A DNA stretch of 60,264 nt, filler included, from Sphacelaria rigidula (lineage: Eukaryota), in assembly GCA_964200075.2 (NCBI GenBank). It is 7 parts of 7 records of this genome, joined end to end, with 100 filler letters (N's around TTAATTAATTAA, not from the genome) between each part and the next. Parts side by side here need not be neighbours in the genome. Positions count along the whole stretch, not along the records: positions 8,625 to 17,148 come from CAXNAA020010890.1; positions 17,249 to 25,772 come from CAXNAA020010891.1; positions 25,873 to 34,395 come from CAXNAA020010892.1; 4 more parts are not named here. One strand, given 5' to 3'. Positions within the stretch are counted from its first letter, which is position 1; the number at the start of each line of letters is the position of its first letter. Below are positions 12,936-26,056 of this stretch, piece after piece. The notes beneath the pieces are model-generated. The model was not told the DNA's origin. It was given only the letters and a program-made list of their open reading frames with translations, and did no database searches. The position numbers and the translations under genes are program-made.

Positions 12936-15900
12936 GTACGTAGCTGCTGTTACAACTGACTGTACTCGAATATATGTGACTGATTGTGTTTTATTTTATT
13001 TTATTTTTATACATATTTTTTTATTTCAGGGGGGGCAGTCTTGGATTCTCTCCTGTCCTGTGTCTCTTGGCCGCTTTTGCACCCTTCACCATTTGCAGGC
13101 AGGGGCCTCGAGTGCGGAATATTTATATGTTATACTACCCGGTCGCACGACACTACTATCATCTGCCCATTCCGCCGTGGCATTTATGGGTACGGTGTCA
13201 GTCCTGTCTCTTCTGTGCATTTGCCTACAACAGTACTGTAGCACCGCGCTCGGACTGTACTGTGGTCCCTGTACCTCGTATCGTATTCCATACACGGGTC
13301 AACATTTGACGATTCTGATACGTACTGCATTTGAAAAGCTTTAGACTCCCTTGTGCGATGCACACAGCTGACAAGCTACAGCACAGTACAGGCAGTACAG
13401 TCGTCGGGGTCTCTGCGCGGTCTGGTTTATCTTTCGTCTCGTATTCCTGCAAACACAACAGTTGCTGATGAGGCTCAAGTCGAGGTTCGCTTTCCCCTCT
13501 GTTGATATAGATTTGTAGCTTTCAGTTACCCACAGTCATTCCCCTCCTGATCTTCATTGCAAAGCGTATTTATACACTCCTTCCTTCACTGAACTATCCA
13601 CATCCTGGTTCCGAGGAAATCAAGTACAGTGCGCACAAAAGCTCCACAAATGCTTCATCTACAATACATGTATTGTACAGACCTCTTCCTTTTCTAATAT
13701 TTGGCAGCTCTGACGAGATGTGCATACGCCCCCTCCCCCTTCAAAGTCAAGCAAATATGAATCCCACTTTTCAACAGTCGACTTCGGAAGGCAGCAGGCA
13801 GTGTCTCAGCAGTGCAATCCTGATGTGCGGCCAGGTTCAAAATTGCATTTGTCTGGACTTCCCCCATGCCCTTTGTGGCTTGTCGAGTGCGTTATGGCAG
13901 CATCGGGCACTCGAGTTACGTGTGTGAGCGTTTGATCATGGTCCATGGTGCTCCACTTTGTTGCCGTCCGTGCCTCGCTGTGTTGAGATGGGAGTGTCGC
14001 CATGCCGTTTCTTCCTCATTTACTGAAAAAAGAACCCTTCGCTCATAAGGTCGTCTGCCCACAAGTAGGAGTTAAAGTGTTGTGCCAAAATTTCGGAACA
14101 CACACACACACACACTTTTTCCGAGATCGGTATTTCTTTTCTACTGGACGCAGGTTCCGATAGGACCGACTATTTGGATGGGTCTCCACCTGCCTGAACC
14201 ATGTTCACTTCTTTTAGTATAGTTGTTCAGACGATGCAAATTCATGGTTGAACATACCGGGGTTCAATATATTGGTCATCATATTCGGGTCTTTTCGGCG
14301 CTCACGATCCCAACAGCTCGCTCATCAACAAGGTCTTGACTCAAATCAACACCTGTGTCGACTAATGGAGCTCCGCCAGCCCGCCGCCGCATAAAGGTTT
14401 GCGGGTGGTCCTGACACTAAGCTCGCATCTCATATAATTCTGAAGCGATTCAGTCCAAAAAGAGCACATCGTACTCGGCCGATTCGGAACCAGGGCTCGA
14501 GCTATTTGTTGTTGAACCTTGAAACCAGCTTGGAACAGACCACTTGGAGAACTGATGTGTGATCGCTTCTTGAGAATCAGTGTCTACTATAGTCTCTGCA
14601 TCCTGTGTTGTTTTGTTTTATATTTCCCACGCCAAATGTTTGAACGCGAGACAAAGTAAACCTCATTTGACCCTTCGAGAGCCAAGGTGAGCCATTTGGG
14701 TCTTCTGGGCCCTGAAGTTATTGTTTGAGCAGAATTGCGTCATCCCAACAGATGCCCCATCTTGGTCAAAGAGCTGAGTATGCTCAAGGGATGGTGCTCC
14801 TGCAGCATTTTTAAACTGCGTTTATCAGAGTGTTTTTGCCGTTCCGCTCAACCTCTCGATGGCCATAATGGACCATGTGTTGAATCGGCACCTTTTCCAC
14901 TCGATAAAATACAGTAATGCGCAGATGATCCATCCGACTAGTCAATGTTGGTCCTCGACTTCCAAGAAAAACTTTTTTTTTCCGTCGGGGGTTTGGATCT
15001 TTGTTTGTGTTTTGATGAAGAGACAACGTCTATGATACCCTCAAAAAACCGTTGCCATGCGCAGACATCAGTAACTGTTGTGTTTGTAAAGACCATAGGT
15101 GTACTCGTACGGACAATACAGACAACTGAGACTGTACGGACAACTATTCAGCGCAGGCCGGCCCTCTAGCGGTGCCTTATTGCAATTTTGAACAGGTCAC
15201 TACTATTGTACAGTCAGTAGTATCTGTGATGGCGGTGACAAACAGTAGTACATGTATATAGTCATCAAACACACCCAACTCTCGACTACTGAGAAGCCCG
15301 AAGGTATAGCGTGTTTGATGGGAGGTGTATGTGCTGCAAGCGCGTGCTGGTGTGGTCTTTTATCAGGGACGTGGGTTTGCCGGAAATTTCATCCCACCTC
15401 CAAAACCCAATCAAAGTACTAGTGACGAAGGTTGACAATCTCGAAGGCACTACCCGCGGAACGACGGCGTACAAAGCACCCGACCCGCGATGGCAGTTGC
15501 AATGTCAACCATATCTGGCTGCGATCCCAGTCATACATTGGCTCAGACAGGTCGAAAGGAAATCTATCGAACCCCTGGACGGTCAGAGGGCGATCATTTA
15601 CGCGTAACAGTGTTTCCGTGAAATTGAGCGCAGAGGATACGATCGAGAGTGAAGAGCGGCCAATTAGTGAATTGATCATTTCAGTTCCGAAATGCTCCTT
15701 CGCGAGGCCCAATATGCTTTCTGTAGTAGCTTGCCATTGATGCCCTTGATATCCCTGAGTAGGATATCGACGTGTGGCTGTAAGCACGCGCCAGTAATGG
15801 ATGCAGAGAAAAGCACACACGGGATGAAAAATTGGCTTAGTTGAAGAGAATGATCAAAGCCATCATCAAGCAGCCCTCTACTCTCGATCTCAAAAAGACC

Positions 15901-16208
15901 TTGTTGCGTACTTCGTACAATTTTGCCATCCGCCAAGCATCGGCGGGACTGTTGGATGTGCCAGTTAATCTGTTGCCAACGTCATGGTTTTGTGGAAAGA
16001 CCGCGATATTTCCCACCATTACTGTAACTCCCTAACTGTGTGTGTATTATCGTCCCATCTATTCTGGACGCCGGCCTGCAGATTTCGGTATATGTGGGCG
16101 CAGCAGTCGCGGTCACACGTGAGGAAGGTCAACACGGGAGTTTCCATCTTTCTTGTTTTCTTAGTACTCCACCTTATGCGGTGCTTGCCTTTATTTTTCT
16201 TCACGAGA

Positions 16209-16388
16209 GGGGTCCAGCAGTCCCTTCCCCTCGGCGATCGTTAAGTTGAATCTGGTGTACCCACGACATGGTCGCTCTCCACTATTGGCATGGTGTGAGA
16301 AAAGATCCCAGATCGCTCCGAGATTCGAACCCACGACCCGACCGTCAGAAGGTGTCGAGGTTACCAACTGAGCCACCGGGGCGACCGG
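16209..16388 (-). mobile_element. tRNA-derived SINE, best-preserved copy
   Basis: Minus-strand head GGTCGCCCCGGTGGCTCAGTTGGTAACCTCGACACCTTCTGACGGTCGGGTCGTGGGTTCGAATCTCGGAGCGATC has A box TGGCTCAGTTGG and B box GGTTCGAATC, followed by a conserved non-tRNA body shared by the other copies. Confidence 0.8.
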
Positions 16389-16913
16389 CGAGAACTGTTC
16401 TGATAAACGATGAATCACGACTCAAAAAGTGGTGTTGTGTTTCGCTCCTTGATGCCAACGTCTTCGCCACCAGCCGGCCCCTCCTTTTTTTGTTATCGCA
16501 AGGTCTTGTAGCACGCCGTTGGCCGTACGACACTAAGGACCCGTTTCAACGAGACAAGGAAAGTGAGAACGCGCTGAAAGAGTGAGAGCGATTCTAGCGT
16601 ATTTTTGTTTATTCCCCTTCAGATTGTTTGAGGCCGCTCCTTATAACAGACAGAAATAAAAATCTGGAAAAGTGCCTTTGTGGAGCTTCCACGTCGTTTT
16701 GCGCCCTGAGGAGAGCCAGGCGGACGTTGACACCTTGGAATGACTTGCTCTACTGGTTGAGGCGGTTCCAGGACGTTTCCCGTTTTCCGGTGGCCGCAGT
16801 TTTGGTTTTGGCCAAACAAGATTTTTTGTTCAAGATAGGTAAAAAGCAGTCAAAGAAACGAGTTTATTTGTTTTGTCGCTGAGGAAAACAGGGTAGGGCG
16901 GCCTGAATTCGGT

Positions 16914-17148
16914 TTGCGTTCACCAGTTGGCCTACACGTAAGCGAAATAGAGGCAGCACCAACCAGAATGGATGACATTGCAAAGTCAGAGTTTCGAGAG
17001 GCATGGTTAGGCGCGATGCAGGCCGAGCTAGGAGGTCACGAAAAGGCTGGAACATTTTCGACTGGCCCTGTACCGAAAGCAGCAAACGTGATTTCAGCAA
17101 AGTGGGTTTTTAGTTGGAAGACTGACGCAGATGGTACTGTAACGAAGG
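16914..17148 (+). mobile_element. Ty1/Copia LTR retrotransposon pol fragment (start of RT domain), truncated by contig end
   Basis: EAWLGAMQAELGGHEKAGTF...VPKAANVISAKWVFSWKTDADG matches the Copia RT N-terminal motif W..AM..E......TW/F...P....I..KWVF..K...DG. Confidence 0.9.
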
Positions 17149-17261
17149 NNNNNNNNNNNNNNNNNNNNNNNNNNNNNNNNNNNNNNNNNNNNTTAATTAA
17201 TTAANNNNNNNNNNNNNNNNNNNNNNNNNNNNNNNNNNNNNNNNNNNNCCCCCCCCCCCCC

Positions 17262-17346
17262 CGGGCTCCCCCTCCTCGAAAGGAATGCGTGGTCAATGGT
17301 CAAATGACTAAGGCAAGCAAAAAATGGTTACCCCCCCCCCCCCCCC
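17262..17346 (+). repeat. Dispersed repeat with C-run tail; also at 43119-43180, ~53410-53500, ~54030-54111
   Basis: Shared core GCGTG(G/A)(T/C)CAATGGTCAAATGAC(T/C)AAGG(C/T)AAGCAA followed by poly-C. Confidence 0.8.
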
Positions 17347-20330
17347 GAGCTCTGGAAACCCCCGGATGTGTCGTAACTGTCAGCCTGTACAAGTGTTCCG
17401 AGGCGACGCTCGTCGTCGAAGGGATAACCCTCTTTCAGGCGTAAAACGATGGAAAAGAGCCGAAAAAGCAGTTTTGAACAGGAGCTTTGAACTGCTCCCA
17501 TTAGACACGAATGACAGCTGGGAAACATATACAACATTTGCGTGAGATGGAGACTCTAGTGTTAAGTGAGTTTTGTTATTCGCTCTCGCTTGATCAATTT
17601 TGCTTGTTGTGCGTGCTTTTCTTTGCCTGTAATATTGCCGTGTGCTTTTAGCTACATGTCGATATCCTACTCAAGAATATCAAAGGTTTCAATGGCAAGC
17701 TACTACACAAGGCGGAGGGGCATTTCGGAAGCGAGACTATCTCGTTCATCAATTGAACACGTGTCACTATCAATCGTATCATAGATTCCCAATCTCACCA
17801 AAACATGGAACGTTGTTATACCGCAAGAAGAGTAGAAAGTCGGGTCATGCACTATTTTTTCAAGGGAATTTGACGCCGATTCAACCGGTTACCTATCCTG
17901 GCTCCCAGAGAGTCAAGTTCACCTGTTCTTCCCGGATGATTGAATTCGCCCTTCTCCTGCGAACAGGTACAAACAAGTATTTACCTTGTACTAAAAAAGG
18001 ACATGGGTGCATCATTGTCTTGATCAGCATCATCTCTCACAGTTTTGTCACCGTGCGGAAACCAAAGAGTCCTCCCTCATTATATATACTCCGCAGTATT
18101 GATAGTGGGCGGGACAACGCCCATATAAGTCATACGGTACCCCCATCCCGCACGGAAAGATGGGCGAAAAGGAGTGTCAGTTGGATTCATGCGTATGAAT
18201 CAAAGGCGGGAAATGTATACCCGCACGCATTCAGGGCTTCAGATAGGCCGCAGGTGTGTGCAGCAGCGAGGGCCCCCCGCAAGGGTCCCCCAAAGGGCTA
18301 CAGTAGTCAGCGTCAGAAGTATGCAGAATTCGTAATTTTTTTGTTTCCTAAAGATTTTCCTAATTTGTTTCGCTTGCCACTGCTCATCACAGTGATTGTT
18401 GGATGCCAAGAAATGGGCATCTGGAGATATGTTGATCCTCTTGACAAATATTGAAAGAAAAAATATCTGCGATCAATATTGAGTGACTCACGGGCTTGAC
18501 CGATCTTCCGGGGTCTCACGAAAGTGCAACCCCAGGTTCCAGCTTTTCGGTATTTCCGGTGGACCGACTCGATCCCGATCATATAGGTGAAGACTCAATG
18601 AGGATTGTTTTTTTTAAATTTCACCCATTCACTGCGCTAAAGCCGGAAAACTATGTTTCTTGGATCATTCACAATCAATAACACCCTCCTGATAAGCAGA
18701 GTATCTAGCCCTTATCGCCCCCACAACACCAACTTGGGCATTGTGATCTGAGCACGGTCTGCTTATTTTGTCAAAACTGTCGACGCTAGCACTTTCGGGT
18801 GCTCATGGAAAATGTCATGCAAAAAAACCCCGAAATGAGGTCATCCGCAGAAAATGCTAGATTGATGTCTGTGCAGTATAGGAGGGAAAGACGATCCTCA
18901 TCGTTATTGTGAAGAATTCTATACGTTTGCATTCATCTGAATATTTACCGTTTCGTTGCGGAGAGCCGGAAAACTGATTATATTGAACCAAAAACGGTTA
19001 AGAACACCCTCCTGATGAACGGGGTATCTGGTCCGTATCGCCCCAAAACCACCAACTTGGGCACTGCAGTTTGAGCGTAGCCTACGCTTTCCCCCTAAAT
19101 CTGCCGGCGCTAGCACTTTCGAGTAGTATTAGAGAATAATCCTTGAGAAAAACTCGAAAACCACAACAACTATGAATTCTGAAAACTTGTGATGCTGACT
19201 ACTAAATCCCAGAAGGTCGCCGCATGCGAAACTCTGGGGATATGTGCACATTTTTTTTTACAAAGGACTTGTACAAACAAACCTTACGGCGAGAGCAGTC
19301 GCCCCAAATGTCTCTTTCACCGTTGGGTTAGAAGAAACAGACGCAGTTTTTTTTCATCTTCATTGAGCGATTCGGATTATGTCGCACTTCAATTTCGCCT
19401 GCGGCCAAGAAGAGTGCGCGCCAAAATTGGCTGGTACGGCAAGCCGCACATGCCAGCGACATTGCAGAAGGTGCACTTTTCCTCATGTTCAGTCCATCTC
19501 TTGCGGAACCGCAACAGCGCAGCACTTGTTTGAAATGCTGACGCATGATTCATCCAGTGTAACTGGCATGTGGGAATTATGTAGGCTTGGTTCATATTCA
19601 TACGGTACGAGCACCAGTTGCGAAATATGTATAGCGAATTTATGGTTCATGCCGTACTAATGGACGGCGGGAACCATGTATTATACCTTTGATTCATGCC
19701 GTATGAAAAGAAGGTGGGAAACGTGTCCCTCAGATTTATGCCACATCATTCATAGCTGGGAAAAATGTACCTTCGATGGTGTACCGCATGATGTATAACA
19801 CGCGGGAATATTTACGTTTCATATCATGTCGCACGAATCACGAGCCAAAAACATGTACGAGTCTCGATTTTCTTCGTCCGACCTAGAGGGCACCGAAAAC
19901 AAATTCAAGACATGTAGGCTCCAAGATGGAAAAATTGAGATTTGAGGGTGGGAGGGGGTAGGGGAGGGGGGGGGGACACCCAGCTGTGTGTCCCCTCGTT
20001 CATTGCCGAAGCGTTGGCGGGTGCGGTCAGCTGCCGTGGACAGTGGAGATCCTTATATGTACAATATAATATATTGTATATTATATAATATTATATACCA
20101 TATATTATATGTATGCTTCTGCTCCTTAATATATGGTATATTATATATCGTATACAGTATATTATATACTATATAGAGTATATATGTCGTACATTTATAT
20201 AAATATAACAAGGAGCAGAAGCAAATGTGCAATCCCCGCGGAACCCACCGGACTTTTTGAGTTTTGTCATTGTTTAATAATTAATTTATTGTAAAAAAAT
20301 CAACGGAAATATAAAAAAAAGTGTTTATTA

Positions 20331-20537
20331 GAGGTATCTCAAACTCGATTCCCGGTTTCCTGGTTTATTCGCTGGCTCTGGGTTTTGTACTATTTTTTCA
20401 AGTGAAGGCGATGGCGATCATAGGAAGACCTGACCTGGTGGTCAAGAAGTATCATCATCTGATGAATCGCCATCGCTTTCACTTGGAAAAATAGAGCAAG
20501 CAAACCAGGGAACCGGAAACCGAGTTTGAGATACCTC
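20331..20537. mobile_element. Stowaway-type (Tc1/mariner) MITE / long fold-back, 207 bp
   Basis: GAGGTATCTCAAACTCG... / ...CGAGTTTGAGATACCTC with TA on both sides. A second inner stem pairs CTATTTTTTCAAGTGAAGGCGATGGCGAT with ATCGCCATCGCTTTCACTTGGAAAAATAG. Confidence 0.8.
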
Positions 20538-23500
20538 TATTGATCAATTTCTTGCGACAAAGTTGACAAAAAAAAAATATATATATGACAATTTTCGAAA
20601 AAATGCTCTCCGAGAGGGGGGCGGGGGGAGGGCTACGTGTCCGAAAAAATTATCCTCCCTGCCCCGTATCCGACCCATGAAACTTTCCGCAGTGGGCCCC
20701 TCATGGCTTGCAGATTACGTGCATATCTTCGTTGTATCAATGTAACATGGCGCCGGAGAGTTCTCCATTTGATAACAGCGCAGCAGTATCAAACACGTAG
20801 CGGCCGAGGCACACTTGCTACGAGAACGGAGTCTGTAGGAAGTGGGATTTTCGAGTTAATTTTCCCGGCACTTCATCGGACCTTGACTAAGGTGTGTAAC
20901 TGACCACGTTTGAATAAACCTATCAAAACTTTTGTGAAAACACTTTTGATTTTGACGTTGTGTATGTTGCGTTTCTTGCCTTCTGTTGCGTTGTGCACGT
21001 AAATAGGAAGCAATATATTACGAGAAAACAGTCTCTTGCAACACCATGGGGCTGGTCCGCGCGAGGGGTAGGGATGCTGAACATCAAAGCATCTATAATC
21101 TCCACCTACCCGCGTCCCACGCTTCATTGATTTATTTGCCCCAAAACGTTGACGATACTTTGCTCGTGATATATGTCATACATGTACATCGTTTTCACAG
21201 TCGACCACGCTCGCTGCGTACTTTAGTTCGTCCTGAAAAAATGGACGGTCAAGTGCGCAGCGTCCAGCCCAGAACCTCGCGATACTCGTAGTCATCTACG
21301 AAAATACCAACGAGTTGAACCGATATAATATAAGTATAATAGCTGGTTAAGCACTGGCCTCGATAATAGCCCCTGTAATAGTAGGCCGCGTAGACCAGTT
21401 GGACGCGTAGGCAACTTGGACGTTGAAACAAGTTCGCGCATTTTTCATGTTAACCAAAAAGATTGCAAGATGGGAGTGTAAGGCATTTTCTTGTCTACAA
21501 GTTCAAAATGGGTTGTAGTCCACTGAGGTCAATCGATACGTGGTTCATCTGTGCATCATCACCCCACAGGGTCTATGAAACAAGAAGACGAAGAGATGAA
21601 TCTGTTTGATGAGAATCAATTTGCCCTTTTTTTTCCTGGCGGAATTTTTTCCATTCGTGTCAATGCACAGTCAGAAGCAAGCATCAAGCAGACAGTGTGG
21701 TCATCACGCTATTGAAACGCATGCTGTGATGTTCTGCGAGCCCCTCTCCGTTCGTCGTCTCGATGAGTCATGTCGCAGTGCTCGTGCATCGCACCCACAG
21801 GGGCGCATGGCCTGAAAAATATGCACACGTTGTGGGACAAATCGCACAAAACGCCACATAGCTGTTGTACAACGTCTCCTGTATGGTATGTACACTTGCC
21901 TCAACACCCAACGTTGAGGAAAAATCCAACGGAGCCCCGAATCCGCAACAAATCTGGATCTCCGTCGGAAGTTTCTATTCGAGGGTTTCTGCTTGATTTT
22001 TGCCGAAATCTTTGAATCTGCTCCGCTAATATTTTGGCGATGGAGCGCAGTTCTACTTTTTCATGAGCGGCTAAATACGACAGTATGGTGGAGTGCCATT
22101 GATCTCCGCTAAAAACACTACACAGTACACGCTATTTCCAACCATGCTCAGTGCTCTGCAACAACAGCGCATAGTCATGTTGACGGTACAAAAGGGGGGA
22201 AAGCAAAAAGTACCTCACCTTTAGTGTGTTTCAACGGTTGACTGCTTGTTGCTGAAATGGTCTACTCCGCCTTGACGTTCAGGTGGGCGATATTGGGTGA
22301 TGGAGAATATAATCAAGGCTTTTACCGTGCAGGACAAGTTATAACATGATAATCTCTGAGCCGGGCACGAGCGGTCACATGATCATGTTTGAGCCAGGCA
22401 ACAAATTCACATGACCATTCTTGAATCGGACGGCAGTTGTGAAAATCTCACATGATCATACCTGAAGCAGTTCAGCGATATCGACACTTGAAATGCACAC
22501 GTGTAATGCCAGTCATGTGAAGACACGTAGACATAATTGATCATTTGACCAATCCAAAACTATCAAAATGGCACTCCACTCCCTTCAGAATTGCCTGGAA
22601 ACGCCTATGATTGATCAAGGGAGTTTTCTCTTATGATCGGGGAACCCCGACGTCCCTTTTCCCCCCGCTTAAGAACATAGAAAACTCCCTGAGTTGTCAA
22701 CCGGTAATACTGTTCCAGACGATGCCAGAGGTCAAAGGATACTGTCCTGAGATGGCAATGCTGCTGGCCGCGGCTCATGCAGGAAGATCTCTGACGCGCG
22801 GCATATGACTAGTAACTGACTACCTTTTACATGTCGACATTTTCCGTTCACCAAAAAGAAATAAGAACAAAGTGCTCACTACATCACTACAGTATTCCGA
22901 ACACCCGTCGAAAGAAGAGCAGAGCGGTCTACTCGTCATCAATGTGCGCATGGGCGTCTAAAAGGTTGACCCTTTGACAGCAAGACCTTCTCTCGGAACA
23001 ATATAGTTCTCTGACAGTCCCGCGCTATCGCCCGTTGGTGTATATTGCCACGTATAGGTTCACCGCAAACGCAGTAGGGTCGGGTGCAACTGTGTCCTGT
23101 GGCATGTTCCCCCTGTGCAGTAGTAACCCTTTCGTCGGTGCATATGGTCTCTTCCGAGAACCCGCCCTCTACCAGTGTCCTGCCGGTTTTTCGAGGACGA
23201 TTACTGTAGGCGCATATGACCGTCAGCAGACCGGATGAGCGCTAAGATGAAATGTGAACGAATTTTAGCGTTGCCCAACAAGACTGCAAGACTGCAGCAG
23301 ACTAGGTTACTTGGTTGAGTGGGTGGGAATGACTGTGAGGCGTTCTTTTTCTTGCCCTCGAGCCCGAAACTTTGTGAGGAGGAAAACTTCGCGGCTGCCA
23401 TCCCTTGCGCGTTGCTTGTGCGTGTGTCAATTTGTGCTCGGGCTTTTTCACTTGGCTGTGGGAGGTGGGGGTGGGGAATCCGTTGACCTTCAAGAAATGA

Positions 23501-26056
23501 AAACAACATCCAACCATACCCGCAAGCACCACCTACAGCACGGGCACCTCCAATACGTCACGCCGTCCAGCTATTCAGAAACAGACAGACACAGCTATGT
23601 GCGTTGACCACGTACATGCTACATTGGCACGATCGCGGCCACTGTCCTGAGAAGGCAATACCGCTGGCCGCTACTTACGTACTATCTCTGACGCGCGGCC
23701 TGTGTGGGTGAATAGGCTTTATTACGTAGGGATTGTCTCTCCAGCTACGGTAGAGTAACTATTCTGAATCCCCGGCGCAAAAAGAGCAGAGCGGCCCACT
23801 GACGTATGGATACCCAGAGGGTGGATCGACCCTTTTGGTACTGAACACCCCCACGGAGATTGAAGTTGATGTTTTGTGAGTCAGGCAGCATGACCATGGG
23901 TGAAAACAAAACTTGAAAGGCGTATTTGCTCTGGTTGTTGATGCCGTTTTTTTGCACGTGGTGAACATGGCTGGATGCTGCATTTACGGGGGAGTATAAT
24001 TCATGAACGCAGGACCGTAGAAAGAGCACGCGCAAAGCGGCGTGGCTCTGCCGGATGGATTCCTGCTTACATGAACCTGATGTTTGTAGCTGAACAAGGG
24101 CTGAAGTCCAAGGTGTTGTGCATGTACTGGAACCTTCTGTACGTGTCATTCGGTCGCCCGGGAGTAACGGCGGCTTTACGCACCCGAAAATCAGCACTCG
24201 TATTATTTTTCAAGTGCTAGCCGCTCCCCGTAAGGATAAGTTCGTTCGTTGCTCTTAACCCAATGGTGAATACACAGCCAGAATGAGGCTAAGCTGTCAG
24301 GTTATTTGAAGTGCGTCGGGAGTAGGTGTTGTTCATCAACGGCAGTTTCGATCTAGGCATGGCCGTGGTGGAGTTGCTATCGAATTCTACCAGGCGCAGT
24401 GCGTCTGTTGTCGAAATTTCCAGTATTGTACTGCTGTGTTCCCATTTTCTGTGTCAAATAATAAATATGGAAAAAGAGCTAGTGTCTGCACGGTTAAAGG
24501 CAGAAGCATGATCGCGTTTCAAACGTCGATCAGAGGAGTGCTGAAATCACGAAGTTCGCCCCATTTCCCCCACATTTTTCACGTTGCACGGTGGTACACG
24601 GTGGTACACGGCGGTACAGTTTGTCCATACCCTCGACGTTCGTTTTTGCGCCAGTAGCATTTGCTCTAAACAGTATCGGCACATGCTGCTACAAGTACTT
24701 CTCATTCGGATTTATTGAAGGTGCGGATAATCTCGCCATATCCAGTCGAACCGTGATATTTGTCTTATGCGAGAAATGTGGAACTGTTCATAGGTGCATA
24801 AATAGAGGGCAAGCTGCCCAGGCGCAACACTGGGTCGAGTGATCAACATCCCGTGAATGGATTGGATGATGGCCGATACTACAAGCAACATTAAGCGCCG
24901 GATCGCCTCGTCTCCCCGCCAGAGACGACCTAAAAAAAAACTCTAGTTCAGTTGTCCCTGTCACACGTACCAACATTGGTGAAGGTTGTCATGCCACACC
25001 TCCAAAATGGGGGGGGGAGTCGGCGAAGGATTCTTGTTTCCCTTGTGATCAGCTTGTCGGCCCAATTTGTGACTTTGTTGGGGGAAATATTTCTAGTTTC
25101 GATTTATGTACCATCACATCACTCCACTTTCCCTTACCATGCTCTCAGCGAACAGGTGTTTGCTTGGCTTCTTCAAGCACAAAGGTTCTGGACCCCCCAG
25201 AAACAGCGTTCGCTGTATGGCACTCTGAGCGGGGCAAGCGGTCAAAGGGTTGGCAATATCCAGCACCCGCGGTTTCTGTTCCGAGATTCAGTCCGCTGGC
25301 AGCCTCGCGAGTTTTCAGAGCATGGTTGGGTAGGCTGAGACGAACGCTAAGTTGACATGAGGGGTCAGCACGAGCGATGGAAATCTCCTCATGTCTGCGA
25401 TGAGCCGTGCGGCAGCATTCTACCATGATTGGGATTGAAGGGTTGCGGTGTTTTCGTCGAAGCATTATCCTACTGTCGATTGCTGAAATATTCCTGTAAA
25501 TGTGACCACATGTACTGCTGGTGCGATCACTGCTACTGATATGCTGCACCAAGACGGCAGCAAGCTGTGAGTCGCGACTTGTGCACATCCGTGGTAGCCA
25601 CCTTTTCATGCAGACTCTGTCTCTCCTGCATAATCAGCTATTCCGAACTCCTACAAAAGCCCATCCAGTAAAAGGGTTGATGAACTTCGATCGGGCGTCG
25701 AGGCTCAACTTCAAGTTTATACAAGCTGGGCCAGCCTAGACACGGATTTAAGCTCTAAAAGCAATATCTCATNNNNNNNNNNNNNNNNNNNNNNNNNNNN
25801 NNNNNNNNNNNNNNNNTTAATTAATTAANNNNNNNNNNNNNNNNNNNNNNNNNNNNNNNNNNNNNNNNNNNNGGGGAAAGCACTGTTTTGGGCTTGAGCC
25901 TCATCTCGAAGTTAAACCTCAATTCGCACAATTTGTTGTTGTAGGTTGAAAATCAAGATCTATTTTTTCAAATTATCAATTTCCAAGCTGCGTGAGTTTT
26001 CGCCCAATTTATTTCATTGCACTTAAGTAAATCGAGAAAGACAGAGAAACTGCAAG

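Noticed and set aside
16311-16388. Functional tRNA gene
   Set aside because: Arm geometry is irregular and the head is fused to a conserved ~100-bp non-tRNA body in three diverged copies, which fits a SINE.
20055-20210. AT-rich low-complexity tract
   Set aside because: Degenerate (TA)n microsatellite, ordinary.
25773-25900. Virus integration junctions with flanking algal DNA (also 34396-34500)
   Set aside because: Both boundaries are artificial linkers between size-sorted contigs; no att site or host junction is visible.
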